A stretch of 64,000 nucleotides of DNA from Eledone cirrhosa (Eukaryota): contig OZ024764.1 of assembly GCA_964016885.1 (NCBI GenBank), forward strand, positions 26,412,001 to 26,476,000. The letters are read 5' to 3'. A program made the translations under genes and the position numbers. The notes beneath the pieces were generated by a model. The model made no database searches. It was given only the letters and a program-made list of their open reading frames with translations, and was not told the origin of the DNA. Shown piece after piece: positions 12,603-26,025 of this stretch. How positions within the stretch are numbered: position 1 is the first letter of the stretch; every line of letters starts with the position of its first letter.

Positions 12603-14345
12603 TATAGAGTAATGTGAGGTAAAGACTTTAATGTGAAAATACAATAATATATATAGAGTAATGTGAGGTAAAGACTTTAATGTGAAAATACAATAATATA
12701 TATAGAGTAATGTGAGGTAAAGACTTTAATGTGAAAATACAATAATATATATAGAGTAATGTAAATGTTAATGGGTTAAAATCTACACAGGGGACACAGT
12801 AACATATATACCAGAGATACAGTAACACAGAATATAATTTATTGAAAGAAAATGTGAAGAGAATAATGAGAGTTGTCGCCCCTTCCATATTTTCGGTTAT
12901 TAAAAACACATGCGCAATAGACAAGTACCTTACTTCCGTCTTCATCGGATTTAAGAAAAATATATTTCTGAAAGTAGTCAATAGTGTAAGTATTATGTCT
13001 GCTAATATTGTAGACTTACGTTAACACTTCTCACATGAGAAATATTGGTTTTTCTTTCTTTCATTATTGGAAATATAAAACGTTATGGTGAACATGTGTA
13101 ATTTAGCCACCTCTAATTAATTAAAGCGGAAACTATTGTTGTTGTTAGTCAGACATTGATATTAATTCTATTGTCCAGTACATTGCCTCAAATATCACAG
13201 ATTAAACAGATTTTATCAATAACAACACAAATCAATAACTTTAATCTAGATTATTATCTAAACTACGATGTATAATTGTATTGAAATCTAATGGTCATCA
13301 TTTGCTGTCCCCATCTACGACACATTGTACACTGAAAGACATGAGGTATTTACAAAGTTTCCTAATATGTGTGACTTCATTTAGTTCCTATATATTTATA
13401 CCAGACCTTTTATAGATATTATCTTGGTGGCATACTCCTATTTCTTTTATTCATTACATGTCCATACCAGCATCATTATTTTAAGGTATCTATATTCAAG
13501 GTTCTTGTTAATTTTTGATAGGTTACCTCCGTAACTGCGTGTTTACACTCTTTACAAATTATCCCCTGTAATTGTTTGATGTCTTTATTTTATATATATC
13601 ATTCGATTTTTAATTTAATGTGTATATATATATATCTAGCTATGTATGTTGGCTTTTGTTGATCTAGAGAAGGCCTTTGACAGAGTACCTTGTTCTGCCA
13701 TCTGGTGGTCATTAAGGAAACTAGACATAGAAGAATGGTTTGTAAGCTATGAACAGAGAAGACATTAGTAAGGTGAGAGCAGGAAATGAGTTCAGTGAGG
13801 AAGTCAAGAGTGCAGCTGGGTGTTCATCAAGGCTCAGTTCTCAGTCCACTTCTTTCCTTTCATCACAGTTTGTGGCATTATTGATAAATCTTGCTCTCTT
13901 TGTCTCTTCTTCTCCACTTACAACATTTTTACTCCATCTACTTTCTGTTGCCTGTCTTCTTTTATAATATATATTTTTTTATTTCAGATTATCAGATGAC
14001 ATTGGAATCAAAGAATGTTTTCTTGAGATGTATCATTAATATTTATCATCTTTTAAAGGGTAAAAGAAGTTGATATATCATAGAGATATAATCTTAATTA
14101 CATATATCTGTCTGTGGTATATTTCTTTTCACCTGAGAGAAATAGCAACATTTCTCTTTTTCACTGTCTGGAATATTTACAAGAGGATTTTACATTGAAA
14201 TTAAACTTGGATAAATTTAAGTTGATGGAAATATTACACTAGAAATATTTTTCAACATTATAGGAACATTTGAAATTAAAGACAAGAAAAGTATAGAAAA
14301 ACTAATTATCAGATAAACTTTTTTTAGTGATATTTTCTAGAAGAG

Positions 14346-15461
14346 ATGTCAAATGAGGTAGAAAATTTATCTTACTCTTGTGATGTCTGTGGTAAATCAT
14401 TCTCTACCAGTACTGTATTAACAAGACACAAACGTATCCATACAGGAGAGAAGCCATATCACTGTGATGTCTGTGGTAAATCATTCTCTGTAAGTAGTAC
14501 CTTAACTGTACACAAACGTATCCATACAGGTGAAAAGCCATATCACTGTGAAATCTGTGGTAAATCATTCTCTGGAAGCAATGATTTACATAAACATAAA
14601 CGTGTTCATACAGGAGAGAAACCATATCATTGTGATATCTGTGGTAAAACATTCTCTTATAGTAGTGTCTTAAGTAAACATAAATTCACTCACACAGGCG
14701 AGACACCATATCACTGTGATGTCTGTGGTAAATCATTCTCTTTAAGTGGTGCATTAACAACACACAAACGTATTCACACACGGGAGAAACCATATCATTG
14801 TGATATGTGTGATCAAACATTCTCTCAGAAAATTCATTTAACTACTCACAAACATTTTCATACAGGAGAGAAACCATATCATTGTGATATTTGTGGTAAA
14901 TCATTCCCTAGAAATTGTAATTTAACTAGTCACAAAAATATTCATACTGGCGAAACAGCACATCACTGTGATATCTGTGGTAAATCATTCTCTGATAAAG
15001 GTAATTTAGCTAAACACAAACGCATTCATACCGGAGAGAAACCATTTCACTGTGTATTCTGTGGTAAATCATTTTCTCAATATCAGCATTTAACTACTCA
15101 CAAATATGTTCATACAGGCGAGACACCATATCAATGTGATATCTGTGGTAAATCATTCTCTGTAAGTAGTATCTTAACTAACCACATACGCGTTCATACA
15201 GGAGAGAAGCCACATCACTGTGATATTTGTGGTATATCATTTACTCAACGGTCTCACTTAATTACTCACAAACGTATTCATACAGGAGAGAAGCCATATC
15301 ATTGTGATATCTGTGGTAAAACATTTTCTCAGAGAGTGAATTTAGCCACTCACAGACGTATTCATACAGGAGAGAAGCCATATCATTGTGATATCTGTGG
15401 GAAATCATTTTATGGTAAAAGTGCCTTAAACAAACACAAACGCATTCATACTAAGGAGTAG
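14346..15461 (+). CDS. C2H2 zinc-finger protein B, 13 fingers
   Basis: 371-aa intact ORF of tandem Kruppel-type fingers. Confidence 0.95.
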   Translation: MSNEVENLSYSCDVCGKSFSTSTVLTRHKRIHTGEKPYHCDVCGKSFSVSSTLTVHKRIHTGEKPYHCEICGKSFSGSNDLHKHKRVHTGEKPYHCDICGKTFSYSSVLSKHKFTHTGETPYHCDVCGKSFSLSGALTTHKRIHTREKPYHCDMCDQTFSQKIHLTTHKHFHTGEKPYHCDICGKSFPRNCNLTSHKNIHTGETAHHCDICGKSFSDKGNLAKHKRIHTGEKPFHCVFCGKSFSQYQHLTTHKYVHTGETPYQCDICGKSFSVSSILTNHIRVHTGEKPHHCDICGISFTQRSHLITHKRIHTGEKPYHCDICGKTFSQRVNLATHRRIHTGEKPYHCDICGKSFYGKSALNKHKRIHTKE

Positions 15462-15725
15462 CCACATCACTGATATCTGTGGTAAATCATTCTCTTAACT
15501 AAACACACATTCATACAGGAGAGTAACCTCATTACTGATATCTATGGTAAATTATTATACACAGGTATATACACATGTAGATATAATACATGTGTAGTGT
15601 GTATATTCATATTATACACATATATATGTAAATATGTTATGCCAAATAAAATTATAAATAACAAGAAATTGTTAGAGACTTACACTGTTTTCTGTAATCA
15701 GTAAAGTAATCCATGATGTATTTAA

Positions 15726-17588
15726 CACTTTAGCATTCACATTACTCTATATATACTATTGTATTTTCACAGTAAAGGCTTTACTTCACATAATATCTCA
15801 CATAAAATTTACATTACTCTATATATACTATTGTATTTTCACAGTAAAGGCTTTACCTCACATAATATCTCACATAACATTTACATTACTCTATATATAC
15901 TATTTTATTTTCACAGTAAAGACTTTACCTCACATAATATCTCACATAACATTTACATTACTCTATATATACTATTGTATTTTCACAGTAAAGGCTTTAC
16001 CTCACATAATATCTCAGATAACATTTACATTACTCTATATATACTATTTTATTTTCACAGTAAAGACTTTACCTCACATAATATCTCACATAACATTTAC
16101 ATTACTCTATATATACTATTGTATTTTCACAGTAAAGGCTTTACCTCACATAATATCTCAGATAACATTTACATTACTCTATATATACTATTGTATTTTC
16201 ACAGTAAAGGCTTTACCTCACATAATATCTCAGATAACATTTACATTACTCTATATATACTATTTTATTTTCACAGTAAAGACTTTACCTCACATAATAT
16301 CTCACATAACATTTACATTACTCTATATATACTATTGTATTTTCACAGTAAAGGCTTTACCTCACATAATATCTCAGATAACATTTACATTACTCTATAT
16401 ATACTATTGTATTTTCACAGTAAAGGCTTTACCTCACATAATATCTCACATAACATTTACATTACTCTATATATACTATTGTATTGTCACAGTAAAGGTT
16501 TTACCTCACATAACATTTACATTACTCTATATATACTATTGTATTGTCACAGTAAAGGCTTTACCTCACATAATATCTCACATAACATTTACATTACTCT
16601 ATATATACTATTGTATTTTCACAGTAAAGGCTTTACCTCACATAATATCTCACATAACATTTACATTACTCTATATATACTATTGTATTGTCACAGTAAA
16701 GGCTTTACCTCACATATCTCACATAACATTTACATTACTCTATATATACTATTGTATTTTCACAGTAAAGGTTTTACCTCACATAACATTACATTACTCT
16801 ATATACTATTGTATTGTCACAGTAAAGGCTTTACCTCATAATATCTCGCATAACATTTACATTACTCTATATATACTATTGTATTGTCACAGTAAAGGTT
16901 TTACCTCATAATATCTCACATAACATTTACATTACTCTATATATACTATTGTATTGTCACAGGAAAGGCTTTACCTCACATAACATTTACATTACTCTAT
17001 ATATACTATTGTATTGTCACAGTAAAGGCTTTACCTCACATAATATCTCTCATAACATTTACATTACTCTATATATACTATTGTATTGTCACAGTAAAGG
17101 TTTTACTTCATAATATCTCACATAACATTTACATTACTCTATATATACTATTGTATTGTCACAGTAAAGGCTTTACCTCACATAATATCTCACATAACAT
17201 TTACATTACTCTATATATACTATTGTATTGTCACAGTAAAGGCTTTACCTCACATAATATCTCACATAACATTTACATTACTCTATATATACTATTGTAT
17301 TGTCACAGTAAAGGTTTTACTTCATAATATCTCACATAACATTTACATTACTCTATATATACTATTGTATTGTCACAGTAAAGGCTTTACCTCATAATAT
17401 CTCACATAACATTTACATTACTCTATATATACTATTGTATTGTCACAGTAAAGGTTTTACCTCACATAATATTGAATCTATGAGATTTTGAAAGTATTTA
17501 TTTTGAGAACAAAACCTTAACATCAGTTTAAGTGACCAGTTTCAACGGGAAAAGGTAGAAAATTCTGGCCAGTTTGAACATTAAAGGG
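15726..17588 (+). mobile_element. piggyBac-type MITE inflated by about 24-25 copies of a 72-bp repeat
   Basis: TTAA|CACTTTAGCATT...AACATTAAAGGG|TTAA; the paralogous site near 8071 has a single TTAA (CCATGATACATTAAAAAAAGAC). Confidence 0.85.
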
Positions 17589-17880
17589 TTAAAAAAGACA
17601 ATATTATATATAAATTGCATTACGGTGAACTGTAATGAAAAAGGAGAAAATTAGTGATGGAAATATAAACGTTATATTACGAAGTAAATTTATGAATGTT
17701 TATATAAGTGATATTATATAACGGATTCTAACCGGAAGTGTAGACATTTAAAAATTTTAAAGAAGTGAATCTGAATCTTAAGATACATTGCTTATATATA
17801 AGAATATTGATGTTTAATCAAGAGCTATGAAATTTAGTAGATAAATTATGTAATATTCATTCATGATTTATTCAAAGTAA

Positions 17881-18250
17881 TGGAGGCACATGGCTTAGTG
17901 GTTAGAGCATTGGCCTTGCAATCGGAAGGTTGTGAATTCAATTCTCAGACTGGGTGATGTGTTGTTTCCTTGAGCAAGATACTTTATTTCACATTGCTCC
18001 AGTTTACTCAGCTGTAGAAATAAGATGACATAGACTAGGGTCCCTATCATTCCACTGCAAAGTGGTCATGGAGGTGCCACGGCAAAAAAGCACCCAGCCC
18101 ACACTGTAAAGTGGACGTGTAGGCGCCATGGAAAAAAAGGACCCACCACTCACTGTAAATGAGGTTGGTGTTAGGAAGGGCATCCAGCTGTAGAAATCCA
18201 GCCAGAATCAATTCCTGTCCCACCCTTGAAAGCAGGGAAAAGCAGACGTA
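17881..18250 (+). mobile_element. tRNA-derived SINE, family 2, longer copy
   Basis: GGCACATGGCTTAGTGGTTAGAGC head, B-box-like GAATTCAATTC, CORE-like CCTTGAGCAAGATACTTT, and tail GTTAGGAAGGGCATCCAGCTGTAGAAA. Confidence 0.75.
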
Positions 18251-18454
18251 TGATGAATCCAACTTATTTTACTAACGGGATGAAAAAATATATTCAGGAC
18301 AGTCCCACACTCCTCCCTTTATTTTATATTAGATTATTTGATAAACCCAAGAAAAGGACACGTGTGATGGCAACAGTGTGGACAACTGCACCTGAAGATG
18401 CTCATGACACACTTGATATATATTCTTAACATAGCTAGGACCGTATATTATTTA

Positions 18455-20810
18455 CTAGTCTCTACTCCTTGGACTTTGTTGGTCTCATGTCCCCTCCATC
18501 AACACACACTCGGTAGAGAGCTGGTCGTCGGAGCTAAAGTGGCCCTGATTACAGGTCTTAGCATTGAAGCCTTTCAGCTTGAGCCTTGCTGATGCCGACA
18601 GAGTTCCTGTGGTAGTTTTGGTAGCACAGGTGACATTTTATTGTGTTTAGGTACCGGCTAGTGCGGACACAGAGAGCACAACCAGGTGGTGAGCTGGCAA
18701 CGACCAAGTGTAGAGGGCCAGCTTTGAAATTCGAGCGACGGAGTGAACTAGTAAAAGAGGCATGGTATGCAGCATTGGTTCTAACGGTGGGACTAGAATG
18801 GAGGTTGGGTGGTGCTAGGGGTGGGCTAACAGTTGTAGGAGTGGTGGGGGTTTGGTAGGATTAATTTTTACATCTTGAAAAAGCAACATACAATTGTCCA
18901 GGGTTAAATACTTGCTCAGGGAGGAACAGACCCACTTTATCATGTATTTGACCATGGTTCTTGTTGATTGTCATGGCATATGGCAGTCTTAATGGAGACT
19001 GGGGTCTTTCCAAAGTAAAAGGGATGTTGGCACCACTGGGGGCTAACTTCAGTCTTGGGATCAAAACACACCTACCCATCAAAGGACCATAGATATGAGA
19101 AGCTTCGATAAAATGTTTATGCAGTTCCACTACTTCTAATCTTGTGCCATTACATAATCTGTTCTGGATTGAAATATTCCATAGAAGCATTATTATTGAT
19201 CCTGCTTTTAATTGGTGTTTGTGAGGCGGCATCCCAGAAGGTGTAAGCAAGTTCATTTAGCTTGAACCAGGCATCAAGGGTAGTGTCTCGGTGTCCCTGC
19301 ATTTCTACTGCAACCTGAGCATTGCCTCTTTGAAAGTAAACTCTGTTTGTTCTCCAGGTGTGTGTCTAGTTTGTATACTGTATGTGATGTACCATGAAGC
19401 TTAAATTCCGAGAGACACGACACTGCTTCTGGCTGAGAAACATACCTGCAACAAAGATAGGTTCTTATTTCATCATGGTTGTGTTGGTTCTGAGCCTCAT
19501 TAGGTAATGCATTATTCGTTACTTCTATAGATGTACAATCATGCCCCATGTCACATATTTAAAGAGGTACTTGACACTTTTTACAGAAGGGCAAGCTTCA
19601 ACATTAATATGTGCACAATATTTCTTATGCAAAAAGGCATTAAATGGCACAACATTCCTGTTATCTACTGAATGTCATCCAATTTACACTGCAGTTCCTG
19701 TCTTGCACCTCCTGTACTCTGGGTATCCATTTAGGTTCAATAATGTTTCCCTTCTGTAGGTTTTTGGATAGTTCTTTTGGAAAAATTCATTTTGTATAAA
19801 TGGGGGAAAAGGGTTTCCAGAACCACATGGCCTGTGGATCATAAACTTTTAAACCTGCTCATGTAGTACTGGATCATCTTCCAATGCAGGTATTTCTGCT
19901 GACACGATTCTGTCAATGTCTTCTCTGTTTCTTATCTTGTCTTCATTTTTTAAGGCTCAGTGTTATCATCTGTTTAGATAATTCATTAAACCATTATACT
20001 CATCCACTCACAATTGGGCTTGATTGTTCCTCAAATATTGAAGCCTGCATCCCTCTACTTTCATATAGGCATCCACTAAATACTGCTAAAATAATTTACC
20101 TGCCCTATATATCGCACTAAATCCTCCTCTATATGCTATATAGTATATGTAATACTCCTGCATTGTCAGTCTATTGCAAACACAGGTCCTGCATTCCTCT
20201 CCATGTCACTATGCCACCAAAATTCACCATTATGGGTCGGTCATGAGGTCCAAGTGGCATGAATTATGTGGTATTTTCTGAGGAGGATGGTCTTTAGGAA
20301 AGATGATAATATCTCTTTGTACAGGTGGTGTGCCCTCAATCCCCCACAAAACAACAGCTATCATTACTAGTTGGTAAATTAGAGCAGCTCATATCTGATC
20401 CTCTTCTAAATCTTAATTCACAGTTCTGTACACGACAATTTTCTCTTCTTGCACTTTGCTGTTTGATGCCATGCATTGTATTGTACACTTCGACATATGG
20501 ATTACATTCATGCAACACCTCTCTTATCATAGTCATTTCTTGTGGTGAGCAGTCATTATTTGTTGGTACTAGGGCGGTGGATTGGCAGTATCGGTAGAGC
20601 GTCAGACACCATGCTTTGCAGCATAGGGTTATGGCCCATTACGTTCTGGGTCCAAATCCCTCCAAGGTTGACTTTGTTTTCATCCTTATGAGGTCGATAG
20701 AATAAAGTACCAGTAATACACTGGAGTAATTGCTGGCCTTGTGCCAGAAACAATTATTTGGTGGTACTTCCAATCTGTGCTCCACAGCTTCATTCCCATC
20801 AATAATATAT
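18455..20810 (-). pseudogene. Decayed Helitron Rep/PIF1-helicase relic
   Basis: PIF1 C-terminal motifs GMPPH..LKAG..IMLL.N...LCNGTRL and LRL.YAMTINK.HGQ...GQLYVAFSR, Rep motif SVKYLFKYV, many stops and frameshifts, candidate CTAG end at 18455. Confidence 0.9.
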
Positions 20811-20975
20811 CCTTGGGTGATGGCGAGGCAGAGATGCTGGAACAACCAAGCGCCCTTACAAGGAGCTTCAGTTACATCTGTTAGGCGAACCGTCAGTGAA
20901 GATAACACCCTCACTGTCAATAAACCAACTCCCACAAACGCCACAAGCTGGAAAATGTAGTTGGCCGACATATCA
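20811..20975 (-). mobile_element. 3' tail of a restriction-like-endonuclease (CRE/R2-group) retrotransposon
   Basis: NYIFQLVAF.GVG...AWLFQHLCLAITQG; homologous to 56480-56690 on the plus strand. Confidence 0.6.
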
Positions 20976-21134
20976 CCGTATTACTTTACTATCAAAGATA
21001 TTCTGTCTAAAGCAGTGGTTTCCAAATGTTTTTCTCGGCGGTCCCCTTACCATTTTTTCGATGCCTCGCCGTCCCCTATCATATTATAACTAGTGGGTCC
21101 AAAATATATGATAGTGCACATACTTAAATATGGA

Positions 21135-21650
21135 ATGATACGCGGTGGGGCCCCCCACAGCCCCGGCGGACAGGATGGAGAAGGCATTTCCCTGGAGGAC
21201 AGCAAGGAAGACACGCTGGAAAAACGACTCCAACTCGCGGAGCTCACACCTGCGGCTGGCCAGCTTAGCGCCTGAGGACACCAGAAGTCTCCACTGCCAA
21301 GGGTACAACCGTAAAACTGTCGGAGAGCGACCGGAATTTGAGGAGTTTGGCCTCCTCTGCCCGACATGCAGCAGAACCTGGGTTAGTTGCAGACTGCACC
21401 AGGTTGCGGCTGGTGCAAGTGTTTGTGCAAGTGGCATCCCAGACGAGGGGTTTGCCACCACGGAACGGGAAGATGGTCATGCCATCTTTCCTTTTGCCGT
21501 CCCCTTGGTCCAACCCTACCGGCTCGAGCTGGGAAGGGAAGCCCGCAGCGTCCAAGCTATGCTTAATAACTTTGTTGAGGGCAGCAAGGCGTGAAAGATG
21601 GCCGGCACTGTGGCGACAGGAAAGCGGTTGGAGTCTGAAAGACATTTTTC
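21135..21650 (-). mobile_element. CRE-like non-LTR retrotransposon RLE-domain fragment
   Basis: LNKVIKHSLDAAGFPSQLEPVGL..GDGKR.DGMTIFPFRGGKPLVWDATC...FTVVPLAVETSG...LAVLQGNA. Confidence 0.8.
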
Positions 21651-21701
21651 AAAGACAAACTTTTATGAAATGCATAACAATTCTACTACAATTTAGTTTA
21701 A

Positions 21702-22482
21702 GCCTTTAGTATTTACATTACTCTATATATACTATTGGATTTTCACAGTAAAGGCTTTACCTCACATAATACCTCACATAACATTTACATTACTCTATAT
21801 ATACTATTGTATTTTCACAGTAAAGGCTTTACCTCACATAATACCTCACATAACATTTACATTACTCTATATATACTATTGTATTTTCACAGTAAAGGCT
21901 TTACCTCACATAATACCTCACATAACATTTACATTACTCTATATATACTATTGTATTTTCACAGTAAAGGCTTTACCTCACATAATATCTTACATAACAT
22001 TTACATTACTCTATATATACTATTGTATTTTCACAGTAAAGGCTTTACCTCACATAATATCTTACATAACATTTACATTACTCTATATATACTATTGTAT
22101 TTTCACAGTAAAGGCTTTACCTCACATAATATCTTACATAACATTTACATTACTCTATATATACTATTGTATTTTCACAGTAAAGGCTTTACCTCACATA
22201 ATATCTCACATAACATTTACATTACTCTATATATACTATTGTATTTTCACAGTAAAGGCTTTACCTCACATAATATCTCACATAACATTTACATTACTCT
22301 ATATATACTATTGTATTTTCACAGTAAAGGCTTTACCTCACATAATATCTCACATAACATCGAATCTATGAGATTTTGAGAACAATATGTTAACATAAGT
22401 ATAAGCAGTCGGTTATAGCTGGTTTGAACAGAAAGAGGTGAGATAATTCTGGCCGGATATGGCTGGTTTAAATGCTAAAGGG
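21702..22482 (+). mobile_element. piggyBac-type MITE with about 9 copies of the 72-bp repeat
   Basis: TTAA|GCCTTTAGTATTT...AAATGCTAAAGGG|TTAA. Confidence 0.85.
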
Positions 22483-22591
22483 TTAATCTTCTGTCTGTGA
22501 TATCCAATAGTCTCTCTCTCTCTCTCTCTCTCACTGTCTGCCAGTCTCCCCCTCTCTCTCTGTCTACATCATCTAACTCTCTCTATTTCAG

Positions 22592-22747
22592 ATCTGATAT
22601 GTTTCAACAATTCCTTTCGTATGATGACATCCAAATATGTTCGCTACCGTTGTGAGGTAATCCAGCCCTGACGACGTCTGTGGCGATGACAGCGTTGATA
22701 ATGACGATGATAGTGGCGATGACAGCAACGTAGGACACAGGCCTTAA
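22592..22747 (+). pseudogene. Orphan terminal exon resembling the GOLD-domain C-terminus of SEC14-like / retinal-binding proteins, probably frameshifted
   Basis: Acceptor CTCTATTTCAG|AT then LICFNNSFRMMTSKYVRYRCEVIQP (compare Y.L.FDNSFS..TSK.V.Y..EV); removing one C continues the frame as DDVCGDDSVDNDDDSGDDSNVGHRP*. Confidence 0.5.
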
Positions 22748-22751
22748 TAAG

Positions 22752-23550
22752 ACACAGAGACACCTAGGGTACAGATCTCAGTGAGATACCCAGCTACCCA
22801 GGGTTCAGACCTTAGAGAGACACAGAGCCACCTAGGGTACAGACCTTAGAGAGACACAGAGCCACCTAGGGTACAAACCTCAGAGAGACACAGAGCCACC
22901 TAGGGTACAGAGAGACACAGAGCCACCTCGGGTACAAACCTCAGAGAGACACAGAGCCACCTAGGGTACAGAGAGACACAGAGCCACCTAGGGTACAGAC
23001 CTTAGAGAGACACAGAGCCACCTAGGGTACAGACCTCAGAGAGACACAGAGCCACCTAGGGTACAGATCTCAGTGAGATACCCAGCTACCTAGGGTACAG
23101 ACCTTAGAGAGACACAGAGCCACCTAGGGTACAGAGAGACACAGAGCCACCTAGGGTACAGAGAGACACAGAGCCACCTAGGGTACAGACCTTAGAGAGA
23201 CACAGAGCCACCTAGGGTACAGAGAGTCACAGAGCCACCTAGGGTACAGACCTTAGAGAGACACAGAGCCACCTAGGGTACAGAGAGAAACAGAGCCACC
23301 TAGGGTACAGAGAGACACAGAGCCACCTAGGGTACAGACCTCAGAGAGACACAGAGCCATCTAGGGTACAGACCTCAGAGAGACACAGAGCCACCTAGGG
23401 TACAGACCTCAGAGAGACACAGCCACCTAGGGTACAGAGAGACACAGAGACACCTAGGGTACAGAGAGACACAGAGACACCTAGGGTACAGAGAGATACA
23501 GAGACACCTAGGGTAGAGAGAGACAGATAACCAGCTAGGGTACAGACATC
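22752..23550. repeat. Variable minisatellite with 34/27-bp units (AGAGCCACCTAGGGTACAG[ACCTCAG]AGAGACAC)
   Basis: About 25 recurrences of CCTAGGGTAC at two spacings. Confidence 0.92.
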
Positions 23551-23699
23551 AGATAGGTACATTACTGAACCTTAAAGTATCACAGTTTTATACAGGGCTG
23601 GTGCTACCATTAGGGCCAACTAGGGTACACTACAGAACCTTAAGAACATACTTAGTTCCTCTATAACAATATAATATACACATTACCTAGTCTGGTATT

Positions 23700-23965
23700 A
23701 TGAAGGCCCTGAACAAAACAAGGATATTAAAAGCTACACTTAATACAGTGGTGTTAGTAAGGCCCTGAACAAGGATATAAAATGCTACACTTAGTACACA
23801 GTAATGTTAGGAAGGCCCTGAACAAGGATATCAAAATGTACACTCTACACGGTAATGTTAGGAAGGCCCTGAACAAGGATATAAAATGGACCACTTAGTA
23901 CACAGTAATGTTAGGAAGGCCCTGAACAAGGATATCCAAATCTACACTTAGTACACAGTGATGTT
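23700..23965. repeat. Tandem repeat of about 53-56 bp, 5 copies (AAGGCCCTGAACAAGGATAT...)
   Basis: AAGGCCCTGAACAA recurs five times. Confidence 0.85.
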
Positions 23966-24489
23966 GCAGGCAGGTATGACCCCATAACTCATTATAAAAC
24001 CTGGCAGAGTACATCTCCTCTCCAGGTCTGAATAAAAGAGAGAGTGAGAAAGACATATAGAGGAAGAATTAACCCCTAGTATTTGACTGGTACTTTATTA
24101 TCAACCCCGAATGTAAGAAAAGTAAAGTTGAACTCGGAATAAAGAACTGGAAAAATACTACAAAGAATTCTATGTGATCTAACAATTCTACCTTATGTAT
24201 ATGTATTTATCTCTAGAGATAAGAAAAAAAAACTGAAGAAGTTTATATGAACCTTTTCGAGTATCTCCTGACTAGGATTGAACCCCAGACCAGAACCTCC
24301 ACCTGCTCTGGTATCTCCCACCAGACCACTATGAAGTCTATAAAAATCTACTGAAATTTAATACTTATAAATCTACTTTCAAAATCGAAATAAAAATGAT
24401 GTGGTGTTGTTTATGCCTTTCTTAATATATTTGGTTTAAAAGGTAGTTAAACCTAAAATTTCAATATTCAAATAATTATTGAATAGGTA

Positions 24490-24960
24490 CACGCCGTTGT
24501 CAACGACATATTGAGAAGAAGCCTGGACGCAGCTGGCTTCCCATCACAACTGGGGCCAACAGGCCCCGGAGATAGCAAGCGCCCCGACGGAATCACTCTC
24601 TTCCCATTCGAAGGAGGTAGGTCCCTCATGTGGGACATCTCCGCCTCCAACTTCGTTTCCAAGTCGTTTCGGCCACAAACCCCGGCATCGCCTCTCGCTT
24701 CGCAGAAGAACGTAAAATAAACAAATACCGAGGATTGTCCGGCCGCTTCCTCTCCGCACCAGTCAATGTCGAGACCTCAGGGGTACTTGGACCCCGTACT
24801 GCCGAGCTCCTCCGCAAGATCGGAGCGTCGACGGCCCGTCTGAGGAGGGAACCCCGCCAGGTTGGGTGGTTGTTACATAGGGTATAACTGGTCATCGTCC
24901 GTGAGAATACTTTTGCCATCTTGTCCGTGGGGCGCAGCATTTCTGCCCTAGGCCCAAAGC
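24490..24960 (+). mobile_element. CRE-like RLE-domain fragment
   Basis: RRSLDAAGFPSQLGP...KRPDGITLFPFEGGRSLMWD and APVNVETSGVLGP. Confidence 0.8.
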
Positions 24961-25234
24961 TCAACCACCCTCCCCTCTTTTCAACGTCACCGGAGTTCTT
25001 GCCACCCCCTCTCCTTCCCGTTCCGTTTCTTCTTTCTTTCTTCGATTTAATCGACTTTACCCTCCCCCAAATTACTGTCCTTCCACCTTTACTAGAAATC
25101 ATCATTATTATTGTTATTGTTATTGTAAATAATATCATGTTTATAGAGTTTTGATAATAAATAAATTGTTCATTACAAACTTGTTTATATAATTATTAAT
25201 TCGCAAAACACACACACATACATATACATATATA

Positions 25235-25286
<52 letters not shown>

Positions 25287-25505
25287 CATATATATGAAAA
25301 TATTTAGCACCCCGACGGCTGAGCTCCGGCCGTTTAAACAGCTATTTATATATATCTATCTTTTAATCTTAGGTTCAGCGCAGAAAACAGTTTCCAACGA
25401 TCATGATCAGCTTATGGTGCCCAGTGGAAGCATTTCAGTTTAATTATAACCCCAACGATCACAATTAGCGGCGGCTTTTTCGAGTCTGTGCCAAGTGAGG
25501 TTGAC

Positions 25506-25560
<55 letters not shown>

Positions 25561-26007
25561 CTAGAATCCTAGAGAAGAACAGAAAAATGCCGAGCTCAAA
25601 GTTTAGTAAACAACAGAGAGAAGGTCTTAAATAAATAAATATATTTCAACATTTAAAATATGTTTATGTCCCCCTTTAATATAAAAACAGAGTCTGGTAA
25701 AAGTGTTATTACTGTAATATAAAGTAGAAATCCTTTATTTAAACAAAGCTACGATGCAGCGATTCAAAACAAACTCCAAAATGTAAACAAACTTCTCGTA
25801 GGTGCTGCCAGATACACGATAACATATGTATCTAGAAGTTTGGTCGTATTATATCACTTTCAAATTGACCCCTATTATATTCAAATTATCCCCTGTGAGG
25901 CGTGCACCCCACGTTGAGAATCCCTCATAAATAAATATATGTGAGTGTGTTGCTATGACTGCTATTTCTAGCAGGTTTACTGCAGTCCTGTAGACGCACA
26001 ACAAAAA

Positions 26008-26025
26008 CCGGAAGTGGCAGCCATT
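26008..26025. promoter_or_regulatory. ETS (CCGGAAGT) plus YY1-like (GCAGCCATT) composite motif; copies at 48711-48728, 49673-49690, 59534-59551 and 60550-60567
   Basis: Exact CCGGAAGTGGCAGCCATT, or its reverse complement, in five copies of a repeated cassette; function is inferred only. Confidence 0.45.

Larger units (their letters stand above)
8641..12775 (-). mobile_element. piggyBac-type MITE with 49-bp internal repeats, split by the Helitron insertion; left TIR eroded
   Basis: 8641-8872 joined to 12603-12775 reconstructs the intact element seen at 30690-31056; it ends ATGGG|TTAA. Confidence 0.75.
4359..20360 (+). repeat. Segmental duplication unit, copy 1 (ZNF A + ZNF B + MITE/satellite + SINE + Helitron relic); copy 2 at about 26833-38315
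   Basis: Colinear near-identical ORF pairs (7775/29822, 8355/30400, 18398/36360, 18643/36605). A and C share a segment of about 230 bp upstream that B and D lack. Confidence 0.9.

Noticed and set aside
17881-17955. tRNA gene
   Set aside because: It has A/B boxes but no convincing cloverleaf and continues into a SINE body present in three copies.
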